Below are positions 1-8,745 of a DNA stretch of 38,126 nucleotides, piece by piece. The first letter of the stretch is position 1. Every line of letters begins with the position of its first letter. The stretch lies in sequence record SRR31156797_860. One strand, written 5' to 3'. The notes beneath the pieces are model-generated. The model saw nothing but the letters and a program-made list of their open reading frames with translations. It ran no database searches and had not been told where the DNA came from. Made by a program: the position numbers and the translations under genes.

Positions 1-35
1 AAAAATAGAAATGCTGTTGAGCGAGGAAGGGACTT

Positions 36-96
36 AAAGTCTAAAAGTCCAAAGTCTAAAGTGTAAAAGTACAAAGTACCAAAAACCAAATTTCAA
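36..96 (+). repeat. Degenerate ~7-bp tandem repeat tract (AAAGTNN type)
   Basis: Units aaagtct, aaagtcc, aaagtct, aaagtgt, aaagtac, aaagtac, caaaaac, caaattt, with two 1-nt phase slips. Confidence 0.8.
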
Positions 97-122
97 TTCG
101 TAAGATTAGTGTATTCTCTATT

Positions 123-162
123 TTTCGACCATTTGACCATTTGACTATTCGACTGTTTGACT
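123..162 (-). repeat. 8-bp tandem repeat tract, 5 units (NTTYGACY), reverse complement of the 2661-2764 family
   Basis: tttcgacc atttgacc atttgact attcgact gtttgact, in perfect 8-nt phase. Confidence 0.85.
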
Positions 163-191
163 TTTGCCGCCTTCTTTAGCTAGTGGCTTTA

Positions 192-227
192 AAAGTTTCA
201 AAGTATAAAGGAGAAAGTCTAAAGTAT
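192..227 (+). repeat. Second ~7-bp tandem repeat tract
   Basis: aaagttt (c) aaagtat aaaggag aaagtct aaagtat. Confidence 0.75.
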
Positions 228-333
228 TAAATCTATTTTTCTTGAAAAACGAGCAAAAAAGTAGGGTGGAGAACGGTTAAATCGGTATTTACAATAAATA
301 GCATGAATTAAGGGTTAAATATCAATCGTTTGC

Positions 334-360
334 GCAACCTTTTTCATTTATTTACGTCTA
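334..360 (+). promoter_or_regulatory. Putative ECF-sigma promoter
   Basis: GCAAC (334-338), 16 nt, CGTCT (355-359). Matches the generic ECF AAC...CGTC -35/-10 architecture. Confidence 0.4.
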
Positions 361-453
361 GAGAGTATCCTGCTCTACATGATGAGTTTAGGAAAAGTTA
401 ATGTAAATGATGGAATAAAATTGATAAGAAAATAAATTTGGCAAACTTGACAG

Positions 454-486
454 TTGCTTTTGCTAAAAGAAGGCACTACTTTTGCA
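454..486 (+). promoter_or_regulatory. Putative promoter of the first gene: Bacteroidota -33/-7 motif overlapping a sigma54 -24/-12 motif
   Basis: TTG (454-456), 20 nt, TACTTTTG (477-484, fits TAnnTTTG). The same bases read AGGCAC-TACTT-TTGCA (471-486), a GG-N10-GC motif. Confidence 0.5.
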
Positions 487-542
487 TAGCTAACATATAT
501 AGATAAAAGAGCACACTATTATACTACAATAAATTGTTTAAT

Positions 543-2495
543 ATGAATTTATCACGAATTAATATTTTTGATAAGACAACGCCTAGATGGATTGTTTTTG
601 TAATTGATTTGGCTATTAGTCTGGTATCAATTTCAGCAGCTTACATTTTGAGATTTAATTTTAACCTGGAAGCTGTTAATTTAAACTCTGCAAAAGTGAT
701 CATTCCATTGATTGTTATGCTAAGGGCTCTCACCTTTTTGTTGGGAGGAACCTATACGGGTATTATCAGATATACGAGTTCGAAAGATGCAGAAAGAATT
801 TTTGTTGTGGTATCGGCAGGTACTCTTGTTTTTGGGGTGCTAAATGTGTTGAGTTATTTCGCCAGAGAGGGTGCTTTTATTGTTCCTTTTTCCATTCTGA
901 TTATTGAATACATTGCGGTTGTTTTTTTAATGACCAGTAGTCGTATCATATATAAGGCCATTTACTATCGTTATTTAACCCGATCTAAAGTTCGTGAGAA
1001 CATTTTAATTTACGGAAGCGATGAGTTTGGAATCATGGCCAAGCATGCTTTGGATAGTGGGAGCGAGGTAAACAGTACCATTGTAGCTTTCATTGATCAC
1101 AACAACAAGAAAGTAGGAAGTAAGCTGGAGAATGTAAAGATTTACAGCACCAATGATTTGGAATGTTTGATCGAAAAGGAGTGTGTGGATAAAGTGATCA
1201 TTGCCAAGAAGGATTTGAACAGTGCCCAGAAGCAAGCAATTGTTGAGAAGTGTTTGGATTTTCATGTGAAAGTGTGGGAAGTGCCTAAATTTGAAAGTTG
1301 GGTAAATGGGGAGCTGAGCGTAAAGCAAATTCGTGCGATTAAGATTGAAGATTTATTGGAGCGTGACCCTATTCAGTTGGATTTAGAGCAGATCAACGAA
1401 CAGGTAAATAATAAGACGGTTTTGGTAACTGGAGCAGCTGGTTCTATTGGGAGCGAAATGGTACGACAAATTGCAAGGTTTAATCCCAAATCAATTGTTT
1501 TGTTCGATCAGGCGGAATCTCCTCTGTACGATGTGGAGTTATCTTTAAAAGAAGAACTGGGCTTTTACAATGCAGAAATCGTAATTGGAGATGTTCGTGA
1601 TTTGGAGCGAACCAGAAGAATGTTCGATGAATTCAAACCCGATTTGGTGTATCATGCGGCAGCTTACAAGCATGTGCCGATGATGGAGAACAATCCTTCC
1701 GAAGCCATCAAGACCAATGTATTGGGAACGAAGAATGTGGCCGACCTTTCATTGGAGTTTGGAGTGGAGCGTTTTGTGATGGTTTCTACCGATAAGGCAG
1801 TAAATCCAACCAATGTGATGGGCGCATCGAAACGAATTGCCGAAATTTACACCCAATCCCTGAATCACCCAGGCTGTCCAACTCATTTTATTACAACACG
1901 ATTTGGAAATGTTTTGGGATCAAATGGCTCCGTAATACCTAGATTTAAAGCACAAATTGATAAGGGGGGACCGGTAACGGTGACTCATCCTGAGATTACC
2001 CGCTACTTTATGACCATACCGGAAGCTTGCCAGTTGGTAATGCAGGCAGGTGCGATTGGTAAGGGAGGTAAGATCTTTATTTTTGACATGGGCAAATCAG
2101 TGAAGATTGTTGATTTGGCTTACAAGATGATCAAATTGAGTGGTCTGAAGTTGGGTACGGACATTCAGGTTCAGTTTACAGGACTGCGACCAGGTGAAAA
2201 GTTATATGAAGAGTTGTTGAATGTGAAAGAAAATACGGTTCCTACCAAGCATCCACGAATCATGATCGCAAAGGTTCGGGAGTATCAGTTGGAGGAAGTT
2301 CAATACATGATCAATCAGTTTGATGAATTGCTGTCAATGAACGACAATTATAAAATTGTGGCTCAGATGAAGGCTATTGTTCCAGAATTCAAATCCATGA
2401 ACTCCATATACGAGCAATTGGATAAGGTGATTGTGAATAAGGAGAATGACATCAAAAATATTGACATTGCTGAATTAAAGGAAATGATCAAATAG
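543..2495 (+). CDS. Membrane-anchored nucleotide-sugar 4,6-dehydratase, PglF/CapD/WbpM family (polysaccharide biosynthesis protein)
   Basis: Four N-terminal hydrophobic segments, then TGAAGSIGSE, HAAAYKHVP, STDKAVNPTNVMGASKR, RFGNVLGSNGSV, TRYFMTIPEA and GLRPGEKLYEEL. ATG at 543 is preferred; the ORF track starts at TTG 534. Confidence 0.95.
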   Translation: MNLSRINIFDKTTPRWIVFVIDLAISLVSISAAYILRFNFNLEAVNLNSAKVIIPLIVMLRALTFLLGGTYTGIIRYTSSKDAERIFVVVSAGTLVFGVLNVLSYFAREGAFIVPFSILIIEYIAVVFLMTSSRIIYKAIYYRYLTRSKVRENILIYGSDEFGIMAKHALDSGSEVNSTIVAFIDHNNKKVGSKLENVKIYSTNDLECLIEKECVDKVIIAKKDLNSAQKQAIVEKCLDFHVKVWEVPKFESWVNGELSVKQIRAIKIEDLLERDPIQLDLEQINEQVNNKTVLVTGAAGSIGSEMVRQIARFNPKSIVLFDQAESPLYDVELSLKEELGFYNAEIVIGDVRDLERTRRMFDEFKPDLVYHAAAYKHVPMMENNPSEAIKTNVLGTKNVADLSLEFGVERFVMVSTDKAVNPTNVMGASKRIAEIYTQSLNHPGCPTHFITTRFGNVLGSNGSVIPRFKAQIDKGGPVTVTHPEITRYFMTIPEACQLVMQAGAIGKGGKIFIFDMGKSVKIVDLAYKMIKLSGLKLGTDIQVQFTGLRPGEKLYEELLNVKENTVPTKHPRIMIAKVREYQLEEVQYMINQFDELLSMNDNYKIVAQMKAIVPEFKSMNSIYEQLDKVIVNKENDIKNIDIAELKEMIK

Positions 2496-2519
2496 ACAAG
2501 ATTGACAATACAATAAAGG

Positions 2520-2556
2520 AAGAGATTACTGCTTGAATCGTGGTAATCTTTTTTTT
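2520..2556 (+). terminator. Intrinsic terminator after the dehydratase gene
   Basis: Stem aagagattactgc / gtggtaatctttt (with G-U pairs), loop ttgaatc, followed by a T run, ~25 nt after the stop codon. Confidence 0.8.
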
Positions 2557-2603
2557 AGATCTAAAGATTTTAAAAGTATTGTGTTGTGCGCGAACTTGGC
2601 ACA

Positions 2604-2633
2604 TTTGGCAGATAGTTTATACAATTATTTTTG
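2604..2633 (+). promoter_or_regulatory. Putative Bacteroidota housekeeping promoter firing into the repeat tract
   Basis: TTTG (2604-2607), 18 nt, TATTTTTG (2626-2633). Confidence 0.4.
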
Positions 2634-2660
2634 CTAAAATTGTGCGATTATAAATTAGAA

Positions 2661-2764
2661 AGTCAAAGAGTCGAAAAGTCAAAAAGTCGAACAGTAGAAC
2701 AGTAGAAGAGTCAAAAAGTAGAAGAGTAGAAAAGTCAAAAAGTAGAATGTTGGAAAAGTCAAAG
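2661..2764 (+). repeat. 8-bp tandem repeat tract, 13 units (AGT[C/A][A/G]AAN)
   Basis: agtcaaag agtcgaaa agtcaaaa agtcgaac agtagaac agtagaag agtcaaaa agtagaag agtagaaa agtcaaaa agtagaat gttggaaa agtcaaag, in unbroken 8-nt phase. Confidence 0.92.
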
Positions 2765-2770
2765 ACTTAT

Positions 2771-2977
2771 TCCTTTCGCCTTTGGTGTTTGCAGTTTTCT
2801 CCTTTCTCCTTTGGTACTTTCTCCTTTATGACTTGAACTTTGATCATTGGGTTTTGTCTCTTTGAGACTTGGAGTTTGAAATTTGGTCATTGGATTTTAT
2901 TCCTTTCTCCTTTGGGACTTTCTCCTTTGGTGTTTGGTGTTTGGGATTTGGTCATTGGGATTTGGGTTTTGAAACTT
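2771..2977 (-). repeat. Long degenerate ~7-bp tandem repeat tract (ctttctc / ntttggn units), reverse complement of the 36-227 family
   Basis: For example ctttctc ctttggt gtttggt gtttggg atttggt cattggg atttggg ttttgaa (2918-2973). Confidence 0.85.
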
Positions 2978-3043
2978 ACAATTCGGCTCTGAATATGTTC
3001 ATAAAAAACGCAGGAAAAATTAGGCTTTTGCCAATTGGTTTTT

Positions 3044-3051
3044 TACTTTTG
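3044..3051 (+). promoter_or_regulatory. Putative -7 element for the main operon promoter
   Basis: TACTTTTG followed by CG, ~108 nt upstream of the exporter start. Only an imperfect -33 (TTAG) lies at canonical spacing. Confidence 0.45.
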
Positions 3052-3062
3052 CGAAACTAAAA

Positions 3063-3092
3063 AAAAGCTTAATCTCAATTTTTTAAGCTTTT
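3063..3092. terminator. Terminator-like AT-rich hairpin upstream of the exporter gene
   Basis: Perfect 10-bp inverted repeat aaaagcttaa (3063-3072) / ttaagctttt (3083-3092), whose outer ends are A and T runs. Confidence 0.45.
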
Positions 3093-3158
3093 GTCAAAGG
3101 AATTGTTACAAACTGAATATAGATTACATAGAAATCTATTAAATATTAAGATAAGATT

Positions 3159-5579
3159 ATGATGTTATCCCTTCGGAAAGGTCTATTGATAGGCTTGATG
3201 ATTGTTTCTTGTTTTGCGGGACTTCAGGCGCAAAACACCAATGTGAATCCTGCAACTGTAAATGTGGAGGCTTTGAGCGATGCTCAAATTCAGAAAATCA
3301 TTGATGAGATGGAAAAGAACGGAATGAGTCAGGAGGAAGCAATGACCCTGGCACGTGCTCGTGGTGCCTCTCAAATGCAAATTGATCAGTTGATCAGTAG
3401 AATCAATGAGTTAAAAATGAATGGGGGTGCTAAGGTTTCTGCTTTGAACAGTCAGGAAGAGATTTTGGAGCCGACTGAGGTGATGTCTGAAAAAGTAGAA
3501 TTTGAAGCGACAGAGAAAAATAAAAACATCTTTGGCTTTCACTTTTTTAACTCGGAAAATTTAAGCTTTGAGCCCAATGCCGATGTTCCGGTTTCGAAAT
3601 CTTATGCCCTGGGGATAGGTGATGAGGTGAATATTTCGGTTTATGGAGCTTCTCAGCAATATTACCAATTGCTTGTTCAAAAGAATGGTTCAATCGTGAT
3701 TCCTGATCTGGGGCCTGTTTATTTGTATGGTTTGAGTTTTGGAGAAGTCCAGGAGAAAGTGAAAAACAGACTGATTTCCATATACAATGGCATGCAGGGC
3801 GACAAACCGAATACTTTTGTAGATGTGAGCCTGGGTGCTTTGCGAGGGGTGAAGGTGAATGTGATCGGGGAGATCAATCTGCCGGGAACCTATGTTTTGC
3901 CAGCAACAGCTTCTGTTTTTAATGCCCTTTATTTGGCGGGTGGACCCAACGAAAATGGATCCTTTCGCATGATCGACTTGATTCGGGATGGGAGGATCAT
4001 TACTACGGTTGATGTGTATGCTTATCTGATAGATGGAAAAACAGCAAGTAACATTCAATTGCGCGATCAGGATGTGATTTTGGTTCGTCCCTATGTGAAT
4101 CGCGTTAGTGTTGAAGGGGAGTTTAAAAGATTGGGATTGTTTGAAGCCAAACCGAATGAGACGGTGAAAGACCTGCTGCGCTTTGCGGGTGGTTTTACCG
4201 ATAGGGCTTACACGCACCGTTTGGAATTGTACAGAAACAATAGCAGAACCATGACCTTTATGGGTGTGGAAGAAGCTGAATACGTGTCTACGATTTTGGT
4301 CAATGGAGATTTGATAAAGGCTGGTGAGATTGTAGATCGTTTTGAGAATCGGATTTCTATTGAAGGAGCGGTTCGCCGTCCTGGAAATTACGAATTGAAG
4401 AAAAGAATGATGCTTTCTCAATTGATACAAAAAGCAGAGGGGCTAAAAGAAGAGGCTTTTCTAGAACGAGGGGTCATTACCCGAAAGAAATCTGACATGA
4501 CCTTTGAGTCCATCTCTTTTTCGTTGCGAGATGTTCTTTCAGGAAAGAATGATATTGCTCTGGAAAGAGAGGATCGCATTCAGATCTCATCCATATTTGA
4601 TGTGCGCGAAGCTCGGATCATCGAAATCGTAGGAGAGGTGCAATATCCGGGAACCTATGGATGGGCAGAGAACATTAGCATTGCAGATTTGGTATTTCAA
4701 GCCGGTGGATTTAAGGAGAATGCGGAGGTTTCCAGTGTGGAGGTGAGTCGTGTGTTGAATTATGAAGAGATTAGCAATTTGAATAAATCTTTACTGCACA
4801 CCTTTCAATTTGGATTGGATCGGAATTTAAAATTTCACCCGGATGATGCGGCTTTCATCCTAAAGCCATTCGATAAGGTCTATGTGCGTCGTGCTCCGGG
4901 ATATCGCCCACAAGGTAAAGTTAGTCTATTGGGAGAGGTTAAGTATGCAGGTGAGTATGGTATTACTCGAAAGGATGAGAGGTTATCTGATTTAATTAAA
5001 AGAGCGGGAGGGCTAACCCCTGAAGCTTATTCTGCAGGAGCATCCTTGCGACGAAAAATGGAGTTAAGTGAGGCAGAATATCAGGCGAAATTGGCCATCT
5101 TTAAACAAGATACCACTATGGTGTTGGATGAAGTAGAAAGGGTAAAATACTACATTGTAGGAGTTGATTTACCTAAGGTAATGGATCAGCCGGGATGTGT
5201 GGAAGATCTGCAGGTATCTAATGGAGATCAGATTTTTATTCCAGCAAAACTGGAAACGGTTATGGTTTCAGGTTCAGTACTAAATCCGGTAGCTCACACT
5301 TTTACAGATCGAAAAAAGATTAAGGATTACATTCGCAACTCAGGTGGATTTGCTCAGCGTGCAAAAAAATCTAAGGTCTATGTGGTCTACGCAAATGGAA
5401 CAACAGAGGCAACTCGTGGAGGTCTATTTGGTCGTCGCTACCCTAAGGTAGCTCCGGGATGTGAGATTATTGTGCCTGAAAAACCTGAAATAGACAAAGC
5501 GGCAAACGCTAGCAAGTGGTTGGCCTTTACTTCAACATTGGCAGGTTTGGTAACGGCGATTGCAATTGCTACGAGATAA
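3159..5579 (+). CDS. Polysaccharide export outer-membrane protein with multiple SLBB domains (Wza/KpsD-like OPX)
   Basis: Signal peptide ending LQA/Q, Poly_export-like YALGIGDEVNI segment, repeated (V/I)xGEVxxPGxY...AGG SLBB units and a C-terminal PGCEIIVPEK followed by an amphipathic helix. Confidence 0.92.
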   Translation: MMLSLRKGLLIGLMIVSCFAGLQAQNTNVNPATVNVEALSDAQIQKIIDEMEKNGMSQEEAMTLARARGASQMQIDQLISRINELKMNGGAKVSALNSQEEILEPTEVMSEKVEFEATEKNKNIFGFHFFNSENLSFEPNADVPVSKSYALGIGDEVNISVYGASQQYYQLLVQKNGSIVIPDLGPVYLYGLSFGEVQEKVKNRLISIYNGMQGDKPNTFVDVSLGALRGVKVNVIGEINLPGTYVLPATASVFNALYLAGGPNENGSFRMIDLIRDGRIITTVDVYAYLIDGKTASNIQLRDQDVILVRPYVNRVSVEGEFKRLGLFEAKPNETVKDLLRFAGGFTDRAYTHRLELYRNNSRTMTFMGVEEAEYVSTILVNGDLIKAGEIVDRFENRISIEGAVRRPGNYELKKRMMLSQLIQKAEGLKEEAFLERGVITRKKSDMTFESISFSLRDVLSGKNDIALEREDRIQISSIFDVREARIIEIVGEVQYPGTYGWAENISIADLVFQAGGFKENAEVSSVEVSRVLNYEEISNLNKSLLHTFQFGLDRNLKFHPDDAAFILKPFDKVYVRRAPGYRPQGKVSLLGEVKYAGEYGITRKDERLSDLIKRAGGLTPEAYSAGASLRRKMELSEAEYQAKLAIFKQDTTMVLDEVERVKYYIVGVDLPKVMDQPGCVEDLQVSNGDQIFIPAKLETVMVSGSVLNPVAHTFTDRKKIKDYIRNSGGFAQRAKKSKVYVVYANGTTEATRGGLFGRRYPKVAPGCEIIVPEKPEIDKAANASKWLAFTSTLAGLVTAIAIATR

Positions 5580-5585
5580 AGAGTA

Positions 5586-5712
5586 GTCATCTTGAGCTTG
5601 TTCATTCTGATGAATCGAGAGATCTCATGCAAATAAGTGATGAAATAAATAAAAGAAAACAGGAACAATAAGTCGAAAAGTTTCTTTACTGAATTCCTTC
5701 GTTTAAGATGAT
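5586..5712. repeat. Decayed REP-like palindromic element
   Basis: gtcatcttgagc (5586-5597) pairs with gtttaagatgat (5701-5712) using three G-U pairs. There is an internal hairpin ttcat-tctg-atgaa and the motif gagagatctc. Confidence 0.45.
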
Positions 5713-5805
5713 AAAAAGAATCAGTGGTTATACCGATGCTGCTTGTTATCCTAGTCTTGAAAGAGAAGGTACCTGTATAATAATGGATAAAAAGGAAAAT
5801 AAATA

Positions 5806-6960
5806 ATGACCGAATTAAAAAATACTAATCAAATTGATTCAACTAGGGTTGAACCTGAGGATGAAATAGATTTAATTGCTCTAGCTAAAGTCTTATGGGA
5901 AGATCGTCGTGCTGTAATTCGCACGGTCATCATTTTTATGACATTAGGATTATTTATTGCCATTTTCTCCCCAAAAGAGTACACAGCTTCAACTACAATG
6001 GTACCACAATCCGCTGAGGGAGGATCTAGGATAAGTGGAAGTTTAGGTGGATTAGCAGCTATGGCCGGCATTAACTTGGGAGGTTTAGGCGGAGGTTCAG
6101 ATGTCTCACCAACTTTATATCCGAAAATATTGAATAGTATTCCTTTTCAAAAGGAGTTAATGAAAACCAAGCTGAGTATTGAAGGGCAAAGTGACGAACT
6201 AACATTTGCAATTTATCATTTGGAATTTAAAAAGCCAAGTTTGTTTGACTATGTAAAAAAATATACCATAGGGTTGCCAAGTGTAATTATTAAAGGAATC
6301 ACAAATGCTTTTAAAGGAAATAAGTCAAAAAATACGGACGCAAGACTTACCTCTAGTTCAAATGAAATTTTGTCTGTTTCGTTAGAAGAAAAAATTCTTC
6401 GTAATTTATTAAAATCTCAATTATCTCTTGAGGTAAACGAGAAAGATGGTTATGTATCTCTTTCAGCTAGAATGCCTGAGGCTAAGGCTGCAGCTCAATT
6501 AGCAAAAAATGCTCAGGAGCTTTTACAGCAAGCCATCACTAATTTTAAAATTCAAAAGGCAAATGACCAATTAAATTTTGTGGAGAATCGATACAATGAA
6601 AAACAAAAGGAGTTTGAGGCCATACAATACAAATTAGCACAGTTTCGAGACAGAAATAAGAATGTTAGTTCTGCAATGGCTCAAACTGATTTGGAAAGAT
6701 TGCAAGCTGAATACAATCTAATCTATGGTGTTTATTCTGAACTAGCTAAACAACTAGAAATGCAAAAAATTCAAGTGAAAGAAGATACACCAGTTTTCAC
6801 TATTATCGAACCAGTATCTATCCCTAGGGATAAATCAAAACCAAAATTTCTCAAGATTTTTGTGATTTGGACCTTTCTTGGGGGAATTTTTGGAGTTGGA
6901 ATGACCTTTGGGAAGGAGTTTTTTAGGAGTATAAAGAATAAGTGGAATAAAGAAGATTAA
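5806..6960 (+). CDS. wzz: Chain-length determinant / polysaccharide co-polymerase (Wzz-like, no kinase domain)
   Basis: EDEIDLIALAKVLW N-terminus, TM1, GGLAAMAGINL, a coiled coil, a Pro-rich IIEPVSIPRDKSKP motif before TM2 and no Walker A kinase domain. Confidence 0.88.
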   Translation: MTELKNTNQIDSTRVEPEDEIDLIALAKVLWEDRRAVIRTVIIFMTLGLFIAIFSPKEYTASTTMVPQSAEGGSRISGSLGGLAAMAGINLGGLGGGSDVSPTLYPKILNSIPFQKELMKTKLSIEGQSDELTFAIYHLEFKKPSLFDYVKKYTIGLPSVIIKGITNAFKGNKSKNTDARLTSSSNEILSVSLEEKILRNLLKSQLSLEVNEKDGYVSLSARMPEAKAAAQLAKNAQELLQQAITNFKIQKANDQLNFVENRYNEKQKEFEAIQYKLAQFRDRNKNVSSAMAQTDLERLQAEYNLIYGVYSELAKQLEMQKIQVKEDTPVFTIIEPVSIPRDKSKPKFLKIFVIWTFLGGIFGVGMTFGKEFFRSIKNKWNKED

Positions 6961-7120
6961 TTTCTAATGTTGTCTGTCATCCTGAATTGTATTACCATTT
7001 TTAATACTACCGAAAGAATGATCGTAATAAAATCAAATTCTTCATTAAGTTCATCTGTTCGAGATTATGATAGAAAAAATATTCTAATAAAACAGAAATA
7101 TAAAAAAGAATATATAATAT

Positions 7121-8341
7121 ATGACTATTTCAAAAATCAAAACGGCCTGCTTTATGGGCTTGGGATATATTGGATTGCCAACGGCAACTATTGCAGCACA
7201 CAATGGAATTAAAGTATTAGGCGTTGATGTGAATCCAAATGTGGTTGAGATAATTAATCGAGGTGATATTCACATTATAGAGCCTGGATTGGGTGAAATG
7301 GTGAAAACTGTAATCGATAATGGATCTTTAAGAGCTGCATTAAAACCTGAAGTTTCAGATGCTTATTTTATTGTAGTTCCTACTCCTTTTAAAGGAGATC
7401 ATGAGCCGGATATCACCTTTGTAGAATCAGCAACAAGAGCTGTTATTCCTTTGTTGAAAGAAGGTGATTTATATGTGATTGAATCAACATCACCTGTCCA
7501 TACGACCGATAAGATGGCTGCTCTGATCTATTCTGAAAGACCTGACTTGAAAGGGAAATTGCAGATTGCTTATTGTCCTGAGCGTGTTTTGCCGGGTAAT
7601 GTGATTTTCGAATTGGTCAATAACGATCGTGTGATTGGTGGGGTTGATGAAGCATCTACTCAAGCTGCTATTGATTTTTACCGTTATTTTGTGACGGGTG
7701 AATTACATGCAACAAATGCTCGCACGGCTGAAATGTGTAAGCTAACTGAGAACTCATCTCGAGATGTTCAGATTGCTTTTGCCAACGAATTGTCATTGAT
7801 TTGTGACAAGGCTGATATTAATGTTTGGGAACTGATTGAATTGGCCAACAAGCATCCTCGTGTGAATATTTTGCAGCCAGGTTGTGGTGTAGGTGGTCAC
7901 TGTATTGCGGTTGATCCATGGTTTATTGTCTCCGAATATCCTGCAGAGTCGAATATTATTGAACAGGCCAGAAAAATTAACAACTATAAAGCTTTCTGGT
8001 GTGCAGAGAAAGTGCACAATGCTATGTTGGAGTTTCAATTGAAGAATGGACGTGAGGCAAAAGTGGCATTAATGGGATTGGCATTTAAACCGGATATTGA
8101 TGATTTAAGAGAGTCTCCTGCGAAATATATTGCTCAGAAAGTGATGCAACGAGCTAATAATGCTAAAATGATGGTAGTTGAGCCTAATGTGGAAGAGCAT
8201 AATGTATTCAAACTAACCAATTATAAGGAAGCTTATGAGTCTGCTGATATTGTTGCATTCTTGGTAGCTCACAAAGAATTTAAGGGCTTGGTGGATGATG
8301 GAAAAAAAATAATTCTTGATTTTTGCGGTGTAGACAGATAA
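7121..8341 (+). CDS. wecC: UDP-N-acetyl-D-mannosamine dehydrogenase
   Basis: GLGYIGLPTA, VPTPF, ESTSPV, YCPERVLPG, AEMCKLTENSSRDVQIAFANE, GVGGHCIAVDPWF and GLAFKPDIDDLRESP. It lies next to wecB. Confidence 0.93.
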   Translation: MTISKIKTACFMGLGYIGLPTATIAAHNGIKVLGVDVNPNVVEIINRGDIHIIEPGLGEMVKTVIDNGSLRAALKPEVSDAYFIVVPTPFKGDHEPDITFVESATRAVIPLLKEGDLYVIESTSPVHTTDKMAALIYSERPDLKGKLQIAYCPERVLPGNVIFELVNNDRVIGGVDEASTQAAIDFYRYFVTGELHATNARTAEMCKLTENSSRDVQIAFANELSLICDKADINVWELIELANKHPRVNILQPGCGVGGHCIAVDPWFIVSEYPAESNIIEQARKINNYKAFWCAEKVHNAMLEFQLKNGREAKVALMGLAFKPDIDDLRESPAKYIAQKVMQRANNAKMMVVEPNVEEHNVFKLTNYKEAYESADIVAFLVAHKEFKGLVDDGKKIILDFCGVDR

Positions 8342-8745
8342 ATTATCTAAAGTTCATTAACTAAAAAAATACAACTGTTTAACTGTATCAAATTAATCTT
8401 TGTAAGTGAAGTTTAATTTATTGTAGTGAGGCATTGGATATAAATGCTCAATTAGGAAATGTCTTTTTAGTCTGTATATCAGAAGATCTAATGTGTAAAA
8501 ATAAGAGGTTGCTTTTGAGAGATGTAAATCAGTAATTATGATGATGAATGGTATGAGGTGTAGTATTGGGAATTTCAATTCTTATGAGAGCAATATAGCT
8601 ATTACCTTTGATTGTGAGTTACATATTTTAATTACCTATAGAGAGCAGGATATAAAGTTGGTAAATTGTGAATTTAGAGGTTTGCAATACTTAACTAATG
8701 CTTCAAAGGATAATCTCAAGAAATTTTTGGGTTAATAAAGAAATT

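Noticed and set aside
1-66. 3' end of an upstream gene (KIEMLLSEEGT* in frame 2, or a frame-1 read ending at 66)
   Set aside because: Too short to assign a frame or product.
2661-2977. CRISPR array
   Set aside because: Units are 7-8 bp, contiguous and lack unique spacers, and there are no cas genes.
2869-3060. 63-aa ORF (MEFEIWSLDF...)
   Set aside because: TTG start; it is a low-complexity translation of the heptamer tract and overlaps a promoter motif.
3690-4430. 246-aa antisense ORF and the other minus-strand ORFs (e.g. 1005-1328, 13668-14165, 35838-36167, 37805-38086)
   Set aside because: They are shadow ORFs opposite well-supported genes and have no recognisable domains.
6967-7212. 81-aa ORF
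   Set aside because: It overlaps wecC by ~90 nt out of frame and has no motif.
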